This document shows positions 44,050 through 53,238 of a stretch of DNA of 64,000 nucleotides, in pieces. Position 1 is the first letter of the stretch. Each line of letters starts with the position of its first letter. Both the position numbers and the translations under genes were made by a program. The notes below the pieces were generated by a model. That model was not told where the DNA came from. It ran no database searches and saw only the letters and a program-made list of their open reading frames with translations. This DNA comes from Oscillospiraceae bacterium (GTDB lineage Bacteria; Bacillota; Clostridia; Oscillospirales; CAG-272): contig SVRA01000001.1 of the NCBI GenBank assembly GCA_015065075.1, forward strand, positions 12,234 through 76,233. Reading direction: 5' to 3'.

Positions 44050-46470
44050 ATGAAAAAATTGATTTCCATGATTCTTGTCCTTACGATGCTGATCTGTGTT
44101 CTCGCATCATGCGGCAACAAGAACGATCAAGATATCGACTCACTGCCCACTCAGTCAGATGACGGTGGTGAAACTCCAGATAATACCGATGATACGAACG
44201 ATACCGATGATACCGATGATACAGATGATACCGATGATACAGATGACACCGATGATACTGATGATACTGATGATACTGATGATACTGATGATACCGGAAA
44301 CAATGACGATCCGATCATTTCTCCTACGCTCCCTGAGGGCTTGAGTGGCATTGATGCAATAAAACTCTTGCTTGCTGATGAACGCTTGAACGGAAAGCTG
44401 ATAGAGGACGGCGACAGCATATTTGCGGGTGGAGAAGAGGCTCTGCGTGAGCTTGCTTCTCGCGCAAAGGAAAATCTCAACGTACAGATTCTCACGGCCT
44501 CGGGCGGCGCGTCCGAATGTCTCAAGCCGAGTGCTATTTCGAGCAACGTTGTCAGTCTCGGAGACACATCCTCCGAAATGACCGAATTTGACGAGATAAG
44601 CCGAAATTACGAGGAGTTTGAGTTAACGACGAGAGTAATTGTCGACCAGGCAGAGCGTGCCGCGGATATGATCAAATTCGTCAAGAATTATATTCGAATA
44701 CTTGATACGTGGGTAGGAAATCCGGCCGTGCAGGATGAAGAGGTGTATCTGCACGTGGAGGAAAACTCCGAAACCATTTTTCAAAGATACGGGGACTCGA
44801 TTACTGTTTGTCACCGATATAAAAACGAGCTCGGCGAGGACGTTTACGAGATCTGCACACAGTCCAGCTTTGATATGCTCCGCTTTACGTATATAGCGGG
44901 CAAAAAATACGAGATGATCTATAGAATGAACGACGGAGCAAGATATCAAGGCATATCGGCCAATAACGACAAGGGTTATTGGGAAGTGTTTGATATGATC
45001 TACGATTCAGGCTGGGTGGAGTATCCGTTTGATACGAACTTCATCATTATGAAGGACGATATCTGCTACAAAGCGGGATATAGTCTCCGAGAAGGCTCAA
45101 ACATCAACTATACTATTACGACCGCTGATAGAAAATCCGATCTGATGCTTATTGGTGAAAATTCTTACACGACGCTTTTCGATGTAAAGCTCGCAGGATT
45201 TGAGGGATATTACGGCGTGGTAAATATCGTTCCCGGAAATATGGGAACCTTAAAGCTGGCAGACGGTACGCTGATCGAACTGGGAGAGTTGGATATTTCG
45301 GGCTTGAATGATCAGTATACGGCTGCTATCAACGGAATATATGCAAGTGAATCTGCATTCGGGTGCGAGGGTAGCATAATTATTACCATCAATGGAGAGG
45401 ACCCTGCAGTGCGTCGCGCGTTGCTTATGGAGATATTGGCAAGCTGGGGCATTAGCTGCAAATACGATATGTCTCATACCTTTGAGGCGGTAGATCGCGC
45501 GGGCAGTGAATTCGTTATGATGCGAAAGTATTTGAAATGGAACGGTCACGACGTTAACACCATGGAAGGATTGCTGGCAGGCGTGGCTGTGGAAAGAGCG
45601 CTCTTTGATGAGTTTATTTCAAAGTATGATGCGATCAAGGATGCCCCTGTCGTTCAGATCGGCACCGAGGCGGCAGATCTTTTGGTAAGGTTTGCACCGA
45701 TCGCTGATATTACGTGTGGGGAGATCTCAGCTAAAGGCCTCGAGGTCACTGTAAGCGATATTTCGCTAACGGTAAACGATATGCTTCTCTTTGTAGAGAA
45801 TGAGGAATATAAGATCGCATTTGCAATGAAATCGCTTGACGAAGACGGAGGCCTTACACATATCGAAGTTGATACGGCTGCCGCGCTTTACGACGGTGCG
45901 GATAGTCTGACCGTCACGGCGCAAGATCTGACGTTTATGCTTCCGATGCTCTCGCCCGGAGATTATAGTCTTGTTGCGTACGTTGCTACCGCAGACGGAA
46001 TCCGTTCGTCTATGTACACGGAGCTCGGTGTTACGAATATCAGCGACGAAGTGGTTAAGGAGGGCAATGTTCAGGCTACAGTCAAGTCCGAGGACGGTGT
46101 TCTTAAGGTAACCTACATAGAAACTCCGGAGGCAGTTGCCGTTATCGCAAGGGATGAGATCACACCTTATGCCGAATTATACGAGCTTATGGCTGAAATT
46201 GCTTTTAATTATGGAATTCCTTCCGAGGATCTGATTCAAAAGGTCGACCCCGAAACAATGGAGGCAACGGCACTTGTCGGAGATGAGGAAGATATCGAGA
46301 GTGGTATGTATATGATCCTTTACACCTCGAACAGCGGCGAAAAGACAGAGCAAGGAAAGCTTTACGTCGAGTTCGAGCGCATAGAGACTCCCGAGGAGAC
46401 CGGAACCGAGACCGCTGAGGAGGATACCACTGAGGATACCACTGAGGATACCTCTAACAGCGGTCAGTGA
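44050..46470 (+). CDS. large lipoprotein of unknown function with (DDT)n linker
   Basis: 806 aa. Signal peptide plus lipobox LASC, an acidic low-complexity linker and an acidic C-terminal tail. No recognised catalytic motif. Confidence 0.7.
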   Translation: MKKLISMILVLTMLICVLASCGNKNDQDIDSLPTQSDDGGETPDNTDDTNDTDDTDDTDDTDDTDDTDDTDDTDDTDDTDDTGNNDDPIISPTLPEGLSGIDAIKLLLADERLNGKLIEDGDSIFAGGEEALRELASRAKENLNVQILTASGGASECLKPSAISSNVVSLGDTSSEMTEFDEISRNYEEFELTTRVIVDQAERAADMIKFVKNYIRILDTWVGNPAVQDEEVYLHVEENSETIFQRYGDSITVCHRYKNELGEDVYEICTQSSFDMLRFTYIAGKKYEMIYRMNDGARYQGISANNDKGYWEVFDMIYDSGWVEYPFDTNFIIMKDDICYKAGYSLREGSNINYTITTADRKSDLMLIGENSYTTLFDVKLAGFEGYYGVVNIVPGNMGTLKLADGTLIELGELDISGLNDQYTAAINGIYASESAFGCEGSIIITINGEDPAVRRALLMEILASWGISCKYDMSHTFEAVDRAGSEFVMMRKYLKWNGHDVNTMEGLLAGVAVERALFDEFISKYDAIKDAPVVQIGTEAADLLVRFAPIADITCGEISAKGLEVTVSDISLTVNDMLLFVENEEYKIAFAMKSLDEDGGLTHIEVDTAAALYDGADSLTVTAQDLTFMLPMLSPGDYSLVAYVATADGIRSSMYTELGVTNISDEVVKEGNVQATVKSEDGVLKVTYIETPEAVAVIARDEITPYAELYELMAEIAFNYGIPSEDLIQKVDPETMEATALVGDEEDIESGMYMILYTSNSGEKTEQGKLYVEFERIETPEETGTETAEEDTTEDTTEDTSNSGQ
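44179..44295 (+). repeat. 13 tandem 9-bp units (GAT GAT ACN and variants) encoding DDT repeats
   Basis: Read directly from the sequence: gataataccgatgatacgaacgataccgatgatacc...gatgatacc. Confidence 0.9.
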
Positions 46471-46526
46471 GAGAATAGTTACAACCCAATCACAATATCC
46501 CCCTGTCGCATAACGGTGGTATTGTG

Positions 46527-46556
46527 AAAAAAACGGCACGTAACGTGCCGTTTTTT
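46527..46556. terminator. bidirectional rho-independent terminator
   Basis: aaaaaaacggcacg-taa-cgtgccgtttttt. Confidence 0.8.
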
Positions 46557-46886
46557 GTGCGGGTAAAAGGACTTAGAACCCATACACTCGCCCTATGCGA
46601 ACCCCCAAAACTCGCGTTGCTCGTTTCGGGAAATCCCTATGGGCGAGGTGGAAGATTCAAGTGAGACTTCTCACCCAGACAAAAAATACGCAGCAAGGAT
46701 AAACCCTACTGCGTATTTTTGGTGCGGGTAAAAGGACTTAGAACCCATACACTCGCCCTATGCGAACCCCCAAAACTCGCGTTGCTCGTTTCGGGAAACA
46801 CCTATGGGCGAGGTGGAAGATTCAAGTGAGACTTCTCACCCAGACAAAAAATACGCAGCAAGGATAAACCCTACTGCGTATTTTTG
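46557..46886 (-). repeat. two 165-bp tandem units, each a decayed tRNA-Leu(CAG) copy plus spacer plus terminator hairpin
   Basis: Units 46557-46721 and 46722-46886 differ at 2 positions (tc versus ca). Each starts with gtgcgggtaaaaggactt, identical to the tRNA-Leu 3' end, and ends with the hairpin aaaaatacgcag...ctgcgtattttt. Confidence 0.9.
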
Positions 46887-46971
46887 GTGCGGGTAAAAGG
46901 ACTTGAACCTTCACGAAGTCGCCCCCACTAGAACCTGAATCTAGCGCGTCTGCCAATTCCGCCATACCCGC
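46885..46971 (-). tRNA. tRNA-Leu (anticodon CAG)
   Basis: Reverse complement reads gcgggtatggcggaattggcagacgcgCTAGAttCAGgtTCTAGtgggggcgacttcgtgaaggttcaagtccttttacccgcacca. It has a 7-bp acceptor stem, a long variable arm, a T-loop GGTTCAAGTCC and an encoded CCA. Confidence 0.9.
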
Positions 46972-46998
46972 GGCGAGCAAGATGCAATCGCATCCTGC

Positions 46999-47083
46999 TG
47001 GTGCGAGAAACGGGACTTGAACCCGTACGGTGTAAACCACACGCCCCTCAAACGTGCGCGTCTGCCAGTTCCGCCACTCTCGC
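46999..47083 (-). tRNA. tRNA-Leu (anticodon GAG)
   Basis: Reverse complement reads gcgagagtggcggaactggcagacgcgCACGTttGAGggGCGTGtggtttacaccgtacgggttcaagtcccgtttctcgcacca. Cloverleaf with a long variable arm and an encoded CCA. Confidence 0.88.
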
Positions 47084-47142
47084 ATACAAAACACCTTTAT
47101 TTTCTTGCTCGAAGAAGGTCTCCGAGGAGGAAAGGGAGTAGG

Positions 47143-47264
47143 TCACACGCCCCTCAAGCTGTGCGCTTTCGCAAAACTTGGTTTTGCTTTTCGGGTTGCT
47201 CCGCAAAGGCTTCGCAACCTCGGTCTGCCAAGTGCTTCGCACTTGAGTTCCGCCGTCGCTTGCA
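47143..47264 (-). pseudogene. fragmented tRNA-Leu(GAG)-like 5' half (anticodon arm and D-arm pieces split by insertions)
   Basis: cacacgcccctcaa and gtgcgc (47144-47166) match the anticodon arm of the real gene. gtctgcca / agttccgcc (47223-47254) match its D-arm but are split by the hairpin agtgcttcgcacttg. No T-arm or acceptor 3' strand is present. Confidence 0.6.
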
Positions 47265-47417
47265 ATCACGTCCGAAGATGTTCGGCGCATTTTTCGCGAC
47301 AACGCAAACATTATACATCATATGGGCCTTTTTGTCAATAGGTTTTTTAAAAAAAGTATAAAAATTATTGCCTATTCTTTCCTTACAAGTCAAGTCTGTT
47401 CATTATCCCAAATTATC

Positions 47418-47446
47418 TTGACTTATGCAGAAAAATATTTTATAAT
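47418..47446 (+). promoter_or_regulatory. sigma-70 promoter (TTGACT-17-TATAAT)
   Basis: ttgact tatgcagaaaaatattt tataat, upstream of the ATG at 47493, which has RBS aaggagaaa. Confidence 0.55.
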
Positions 47447-47492
47447 TATACTATAAAATAGTCTCACGAGTAAAACCCGAAGGAGAAATGCT

Positions 47493-50400
47493 ATGAAAAA
47501 AAGAGTTCTTAGACTTATGGCGATTGTTTTGGCGCTTTGGATGTGTATGGGAATCTTTGCATCTTGCGGAAGTGGCGGTACAGAGGAAACGACCACCGAA
47601 AGTACGAACGGGGAAACAACCACCGAAAGCACGAAAGAGGAAACGACTGTGGAAAAAAATGAGAATACAACCGTCGATGAAACCACGACGTCGAAGGAAA
47701 CGACTAAAACAGAAGAAACTACCGTGCTCGAGGAAACAACGAAAATAGAAGAAACAACGTTGCTTGAGGAAACGACCGACGAGGATATTGTTCTTGATGA
47801 CGACGACGGAGAACTCATTTTAATGGCAGATCGGCTTGCAAATGGTGTGCAGACATATTTTGAGTACGGCGGCAGAGACTTTTTTATGATTGAAAACATG
47901 AATATGCTGTTGAAATTTGCGATTTCGGGCAACGAAAAAAAGCAGGTCTCGTCAATGACCGACAAATCGGGGAATTCCTATATCAATGACACTATGGACG
48001 TTTTTGTAAGAATGCAAGACGGCTCGACCTACTACTCGTCGGGCGCGTTCACGTCCGCCTCCACGAACATCTACCGACTTGGATACTATTACTATGAAAA
48101 TCGAATAGAGAACCTTTCGTTCGTTGGAGAGAGCAGTATTGATTCGTCAAAATCTTGTGCTCACATGAGCGCCATAACCAATGACCATCTTTCGATTGTT
48201 TCAAAAAATCTTGACGAAGACCAGATCATTATGAAGGTCGAAAACTCGGTGGATCCGTTTTTTATGACCAATAACGTCAATATGTCGGCTGATAAATATA
48301 AACACGTTGAGATAACGCTGAAGGCAAACAGCGGAATATCCTCGTCGGCGGGAGTTTACGTTATTGCGGGGTCACAGGACGGATATAATGCCGAGCAACA
48401 AACGACCTTTAATATCATTCCCGACGGCAAATATCACACGTACGTTGTCGCACTAGGTGGATTGCCCGACTATACGGGAAGCCTTAAAGGAGTCAGATTT
48501 GACATAGGCGGCACTGAGGGCTCGACCTTCGAGGTCAGCGGAGTAAGAATGCTTGGAATGAATGACACCGCACCCGACAACCTTTCTCTCTGCAGATCAT
48601 TTTTGAGCTATTCGAATAAACTCCACCACGTCATACAGGTAGCGGCATCCGAGGAGACCTCAGGCATAGCCGAGGTCGGTATGCTTACGGAAATACCTTC
48701 GGATAAGGTAAATCAGCTCGTAGTCAAGGATAAGAACGGCTTGCATTACGACCTCTCCAACGCTATTGATTGGGCGAGTGCCGAGTACGTAGGATTTCTT
48801 ATCGACGGAGTCGGTACATTTGGATATATTCTTCCGTATGATGCCTCGGGTGGCAATATAAAGGTCGTTAAGGACGGCGAAAATTACCTCGTAGAGCAGA
48901 CCAAGGCGGTTGAAAACAATACTATAAAGCCGTCGGCAAAGGGAAGTGAAAACGCCAACGATTTCTTTATGGGACAACGCATTTACACAGACTCGTCAAA
49001 GGATCTTGAAGCGTTTGTTTACGAGGCGGAGTGTGAAAGACGTCCGTTGACAGCTGACAATTTCACAATCAAGGCCGAGATCATATCCGACGCGCATTTT
49101 TCGGGTTATGACGCGCTTCGCGGTTGTTACGTTATCTCGATCACAAAGCTGGCAGGGTTTAACGATTTCTACTATGATTATCCCAACGCGCAATTCGGCG
49201 CAGAATTCACGGTCAAGGGCGACGGCAAGGATCGCACGGTGTATCTTATGACCGCATCCCCCAACGGTGGACTTGAATGTGCCGCGCTTCTCGACGAAAA
49301 GCAAATGCTGCTCCCGATACCGATCGAGGTCTGTAAGAACTTCAAGGGAGACGGAGAGAACACAATATTTATGTTGGATGATACCGCATACGGTGAGGCT
49401 ATAGTTCCCTTGCAGGTAAAGGCAAACTCCGAGGACACATTCACCTTCCTGAACCTTTATCAGAACTGGGGGCTTTATCCGCTCAAGCAGCTCTCGTCGA
49501 TACAGTTCTTCCAGCCCTATTATCATCTTTCCACGGGTGTTACCGAAACCAACTGCATCGTTCCTTATTCGAGCGAGGGAATTCTTCTGCCCGACCACAG
49601 AGCTATGTCTGCGCCGTTCTGGGACTCTCAGCCACAGCACAGTAATAGCGGACACCATAATTTCGTCAAATATTATCTCCCCGACGGCACGCTTGTCACA
49701 AGTCAGCACGCGCAAACTGATATTGCCTCGTACGGCCCTACGTATTCGGATATGACCGACGTGATGATAACGACCGACAAGAAGATCAAATTTACGTATA
49801 ATCACATGGAGATGCCTCAGCTCGACGAGAACCGAACCTACTACCAGATGAAGATAGACATCCTCGAGAATCTGACGATCGAAAGCTTTAGGGAAGATTT
49901 CTGTATTTACAGCGTCGGCTCAAACGACGTTACGGGATACTATACGCAGGTAGGATATCTTGATGAAAACAACGTAAATCAAGTCGTCGGCGCGAATATG
50001 GGCAACACCGCGGTCGAATATCTCCTCGGAGACGAGTTCCCCTATTTTACGTTTATGAATATGAAGGAATATACCACTCCGACGGGCTATTGTAACGTCT
50101 CAATTCTCGTGTATGACGCTACAGCGGTCATCAACGGGGAGGAGACTGAGTGCAGATTCGTTCTCAGAAACACCAAGGGCGTTCTGACCCTCACGCTTGA
50201 TCTCGATAAGGTCGAGCTTAAGGCAGGGGACAATATTACCATAAACGGCATCCTGCTCCCTTGGGGCTCGCAGGAGAGCATCTACGACGGCTCGAATGGA
50301 CTTGCGCCCGACCAGAATCTCAGAAACGTGATAAAGGACTCCTTTGTTGATCCCCTCAAGGCAACTGCAAGAAAGAACTGCGAGACCGTGTCATACAGCG

Positions 50401-51347
50401 ACGGAATATTCCTCCCCGAACTGCTTACCACCAACGGCAAGAGCGCGACCTTCACGCTTTCAGGCGGTAACGATAACGTCGCGGTAAGGGTATACGGCTT
50501 TGACGATCTGACCGTGCCTTACATAGAGGAATACGTAAACGGTGAGTGGGTAGAGTATAAGCTCTCGTCCTCCAACGCACCCGATGCATACGGATACGGC
50601 TATGAGCACGATGGCTACTGTGTGTATTACGATGGAGATAAGACCTACTCCTATTCGTTTGTTACCACGCTTGACAACGGCGCGCCGAGAACCTTCCGAA
50701 TTACCGTAGACGGCGAGTTTGAGGGTTGGGGAAACGATTCGTTTGGTGGGAGCGTAAACGTTACCACGGACGAGAAGGGGACTGAAGACCTCAATGTCTA
50801 CGTTTCGCCCAAAAATATAAGTGAGTTGACGAGCATCATTGGTTGTAAGGCAAGAGTTTTTGAGAGCGATGAATATTACGTCAGATTTACCGCGCAGGGT
50901 GCTCCCGAAAGCTATGCGATATTCTATACAGATCCGACGGGAAGCGTTGCAACGGGAAAATATATGGTGGTCAAATACAGAGTTCCCACAACTGTCGCAA
51001 GCACGGCATCCTTGTTCGAAATTTTCGTTAGTACGCAAAACGAAGCTCCCGCCGAGACCGGCAGATTTATGTCGACTGCTATAGTACATGACGGCCAGTG
51101 GCACATAATGGTGATCGATATGACGCAGAGCGCTACGTTTACTGAGGCGAGCGACGGCAATTATTATGCAAAGCACGCCAGACTCGATATGATCAACGGT
51201 CAATATGATCATAACACGTATATCGACATTGCTTATTTGGGTCTGACCGATGAGATCTCGGACCTCAATAAGCTCGCGCGAAATGCGGCTACCGTCACGC
51301 TCGTTGACGCAACCGGAGTTGCTTCAAGGCTCGATACCCAGCAATAA
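47493..51347 (+). CDS. very large lipoprotein of unknown function with E/T-rich linker
   Basis: 1284 aa. Signal peptide plus lipobox FASC, and a linker TEETTTESTNGETTTESTKEETT... at 47575-47790. Beta-sandwich-like modules occur near both ends (GKYHTYVVALG and DGQWHIMVIDM). Confidence 0.7.
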   Translation: MKKRVLRLMAIVLALWMCMGIFASCGSGGTEETTTESTNGETTTESTKEETTVEKNENTTVDETTTSKETTKTEETTVLEETTKIEETTLLEETTDEDIVLDDDDGELILMADRLANGVQTYFEYGGRDFFMIENMNMLLKFAISGNEKKQVSSMTDKSGNSYINDTMDVFVRMQDGSTYYSSGAFTSASTNIYRLGYYYYENRIENLSFVGESSIDSSKSCAHMSAITNDHLSIVSKNLDEDQIIMKVENSVDPFFMTNNVNMSADKYKHVEITLKANSGISSSAGVYVIAGSQDGYNAEQQTTFNIIPDGKYHTYVVALGGLPDYTGSLKGVRFDIGGTEGSTFEVSGVRMLGMNDTAPDNLSLCRSFLSYSNKLHHVIQVAASEETSGIAEVGMLTEIPSDKVNQLVVKDKNGLHYDLSNAIDWASAEYVGFLIDGVGTFGYILPYDASGGNIKVVKDGENYLVEQTKAVENNTIKPSAKGSENANDFFMGQRIYTDSSKDLEAFVYEAECERRPLTADNFTIKAEIISDAHFSGYDALRGCYVISITKLAGFNDFYYDYPNAQFGAEFTVKGDGKDRTVYLMTASPNGGLECAALLDEKQMLLPIPIEVCKNFKGDGENTIFMLDDTAYGEAIVPLQVKANSEDTFTFLNLYQNWGLYPLKQLSSIQFFQPYYHLSTGVTETNCIVPYSSEGILLPDHRAMSAPFWDSQPQHSNSGHHNFVKYYLPDGTLVTSQHAQTDIASYGPTYSDMTDVMITTDKKIKFTYNHMEMPQLDENRTYYQMKIDILENLTIESFREDFCIYSVGSNDVTGYYTQVGYLDENNVNQVVGANMGNTAVEYLLGDEFPYFTFMNMKEYTTPTGYCNVSILVYDATAVINGEETECRFVLRNTKGVLTLTLDLDKVELKAGDNITINGILLPWGSQESIYDGSNGLAPDQNLRNVIKDSFVDPLKATARKNCETVSYSDGIFLPELLTTNGKSATFTLSGGNDNVAVRVYGFDDLTVPYIEEYVNGEWVEYKLSSSNAPDAYGYGYEHDGYCVYYDGDKTYSYSFVTTLDNGAPRTFRITVDGEFEGWGNDSFGGSVNVTTDEKGTEDLNVYVSPKNISELTSIIGCKARVFESDEYYVRFTAQGAPESYAIFYTDPTGSVATGKYMVVKYRVPTTVASTASLFEIFVSTQNEAPAETGRFMSTAIVHDGQWHIMVIDMTQSATFTEASDGNYYAKHARLDMINGQYDHNTYIDIAYLGLTDEISDLNKLARNAATVTLVDATGVASRLDTQQ

Positions 51348-51387
51348 CGACTGTTGTGAGCAAAATTTACAAAAAATTAACAATTCA

Positions 51388-51416
51388 AAGAGGCTGTTAA
51401 AAACGGCCTCTTTTTT
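51388..51416 (+). terminator. rho-independent terminator
   Basis: gaggctgtt-aaaa-acggcctc followed by tttttt. Confidence 0.75.
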
Positions 51417-51460
51417 GTGCCAAAAAAAGCAAAAAGCTTGTACAAAAAAGTGGTTTTGTA

Positions 51461-51489
51461 TTGACACAAACGCATTAATATGATATAAT
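51461..51489 (+). promoter_or_regulatory. perfect consensus, TG-extended sigma-70 promoter of the polysaccharide locus
   Basis: TTGACA, a 17-nt spacer, then TGATATAAT. The -10 element ends 3 nt before the ORF-track ATG at 51493, which argues for the downstream start at 51529. Confidence 0.6.
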
Positions 51490-51528
51490 ATTATGAATTA
51501 TAATGTTTTTATAGGGAGATTGTCAAAA

Positions 51529-52239
51529 ATGTACGCTCGTGCCATAAAAAGAATCATAGATCTTGTTCTTGCAATCGTAGGTATAATCGTACTGGCTTTG
51601 CCGATGCTGATCGTAGCCATCATCATTAAGATCGAGTCCAAGGGTCCCGCTATTTTCGTTCAAGAGAGAGTCGGCAAGGGCGGAAAAGTCTACAAGATGT
51701 ACAAATTCCGTTCTATGTGCGTCGGTGCAGAGCAGCAGGAGGGCGGAGTTTATTGCGTCAAGGGTGATAAGCGCGTCACAAAAGTGGGTAAATTCATTCG
51801 CGCAACGAGCATTGACGAGCTTCCGCAATTGGTGAATATAATCAAGGGCGAAATGTCCTTTATCGGTCCCCGTCCCGTTCTTACATATTACCCTAAACAG
51901 TGGGAAGAGTACACCGAAGAGGAATTAAGACGCTTCGATGCTCGCCCGGGCGTGACGGGTTGGGCTGCGGTGCACGGCAGAAAGACCAATACAGTCAAGG
52001 CACGCTTTGAATACGATAATTATTACGTTGATAACCTGACCTTCGGTTTGGACGTTAAAATCTTCTTTATGACGATCAAGACGGTCTTTACAAACGAGGG
52101 CAACGAGGACGACGGCTCCTCCGAGGTCAAAACCGAAGAAGCAAAGACCTCTGTGGAAATTTCTGAAGCCGAGAATAATGTAAGCGCGGCACAAGAGATC
52201 GCGATGGCACAAGATGCGGACGATATCAAGAAAAGTTGA
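51529..52239 (+). CDS. polyprenyl-phosphate sugar phosphotransferase (bacterial sugar transferase, small WbaP/WecA-unrelated PGT type)
   Basis: The start at 51529 has RBS gggaga. One TM helix, with KFRSM and IDELPQLVNIIKGEMSFIGPRP signatures. Confidence 0.88.
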   Translation: MYARAIKRIIDLVLAIVGIIVLALPMLIVAIIIKIESKGPAIFVQERVGKGGKVYKMYKFRSMCVGAEQQEGGVYCVKGDKRVTKVGKFIRATSIDELPQLVNIIKGEMSFIGPRPVLTYYPKQWEEYTEEELRRFDARPGVTGWAAVHGRKTNTVKARFEYDNYYVDNLTFGLDVKIFFMTIKTVFTNEGNEDDGSSEVKTEEAKTSVEISEAENNVSAAQEIAMAQDADDIKKS

Positions 52240-52251
52240 TAAGGGGCGTAA

Positions 52252-53238
52252 ATGTATTATTTTATAAATTACCTGCGTGCACTTGCAACGATTTTGATAA
52301 CCAACTCTCATTATGGGCAGATCTGGCCGATCGATGATCTTGCGGCAGGCGGATTGCTTGGTAATATCCTGTTTTTCGCAGCATCGGGCTTTTGCCTCTT
52401 CAGTATAAAGGAAAAATTCGGCAAGTGGTACTTAAAGCGCATTGTCAGAATATACCCCGTGATGCTAGTCTTTACACTTCTGACGGTCTTGTTCGGTCAG
52501 TATTCGCTGACGACGGGTCAGGATGCGCTCCGCTTGTTCCTGTACCCGACAAATTACATATTCCTTGTTTGGCTTATGATCTCATACGTCGCTTTCTACA
52601 TAGTGGCATGGTTTTCAAAAAAATATGCCCATTTCACGGAATATACACTTGGAGTCGTCCTGATTGCTTGGATAGTTGCTTATTTCGCAATTGTCGATAA
52701 ATCTGTTTACCATATCGATGACGTCAGCAAGCCGTTTATCTTGTTCTTGTATTTTTCAAGCATGCTGATCGGTGCGCTTTTCAAAAAACATGTCGACTCC
52801 TTCAAGAAAACAAAAGCAATTAACGTGGCTTTTCTTTTCGTGAGCTTGATCATATATTTTGGGTCCAAAATTGCCTTTTCAAAAATACAGACCATAGTGT
52901 TTTGGCAGATCTTAAATCAGCTGAGCATTTTGGCGGTGCTGTATTTTATGTTTGCAGTGTTTGCGGGGCTTGAGGATAAGCTTAAGAAAGCACCGAAATG
53001 GCTAAATAAGCCGATTGAATTTATGGCGAATATCACGTTGCACCTTTACCTTGTGCAGTTTGTGATCATCCGTGCATTTGAGAAGTATGTATTCCCAATC
53101 AATTTTGTAATAACTACCGTGACGATCATAGCGGCGGCAAGCGTGTTGTATTTTGCCGAGCACTATATCCGCAAGGGTGTTTTGCTTCTTGCCGACAAAA
53201 TCAAAAGGAAAAAGAAATATGCAGAAGGTAACGATTAA
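52252..53238 (+). CDS. acyltransferase family 3 (O-acyltransferase) membrane protein
   Basis: 328 aa, about 10 TM helices. N-terminus LRALATILI..H is typical of acyltransferase_3. Confidence 0.8.
   Translation: MYYFINYLRALATILITNSHYGQIWPIDDLAAGGLLGNILFFAASGFCLFSIKEKFGKWYLKRIVRIYPVMLVFTLLTVLFGQYSLTTGQDALRLFLYPTNYIFLVWLMISYVAFYIVAWFSKKYAHFTEYTLGVVLIAWIVAYFAIVDKSVYHIDDVSKPFILFLYFSSMLIGALFKKHVDSFKKTKAINVAFLFVSLIIYFGSKIAFSKIQTIVFWQILNQLSILAVLYFMFAVFAGLEDKLKKAPKWLNKPIEFMANITLHLYLVQFVIIRAFEKYVFPINFVITTVTIIAAASVLYFAEHYIRKGVLLLADKIKRKKKYAEGND

Noticed and set aside
46557-46886. CRISPR array
   Set aside because: The period is 165 bp with essentially no unique spacers between units. The units are tRNA-derived, and no cas genes are in the window.
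46557-46886. Two additional functional tRNA-Leu genes
   Set aside because: The 5' acceptor strand cannot pair with the retained 3' strand. The T-loop has an extra base and the anticodon loop would be 9 nt.
25058-46971. tRNA-integrated genomic island or prophage
   Set aside because: No integrase, recombinase or phage genes are present. I found no copy of the tRNA-Leu 3' sequence near 25 kb that could serve as the distal att site. Only the local tRNA fragments are reported.
47017-47393. ORFs of 79-114 aa around the tRNA genes
   Set aside because: They overlap the tRNA genes and tRNA-derived fragments on both strands, so they are not credible coding sequence.
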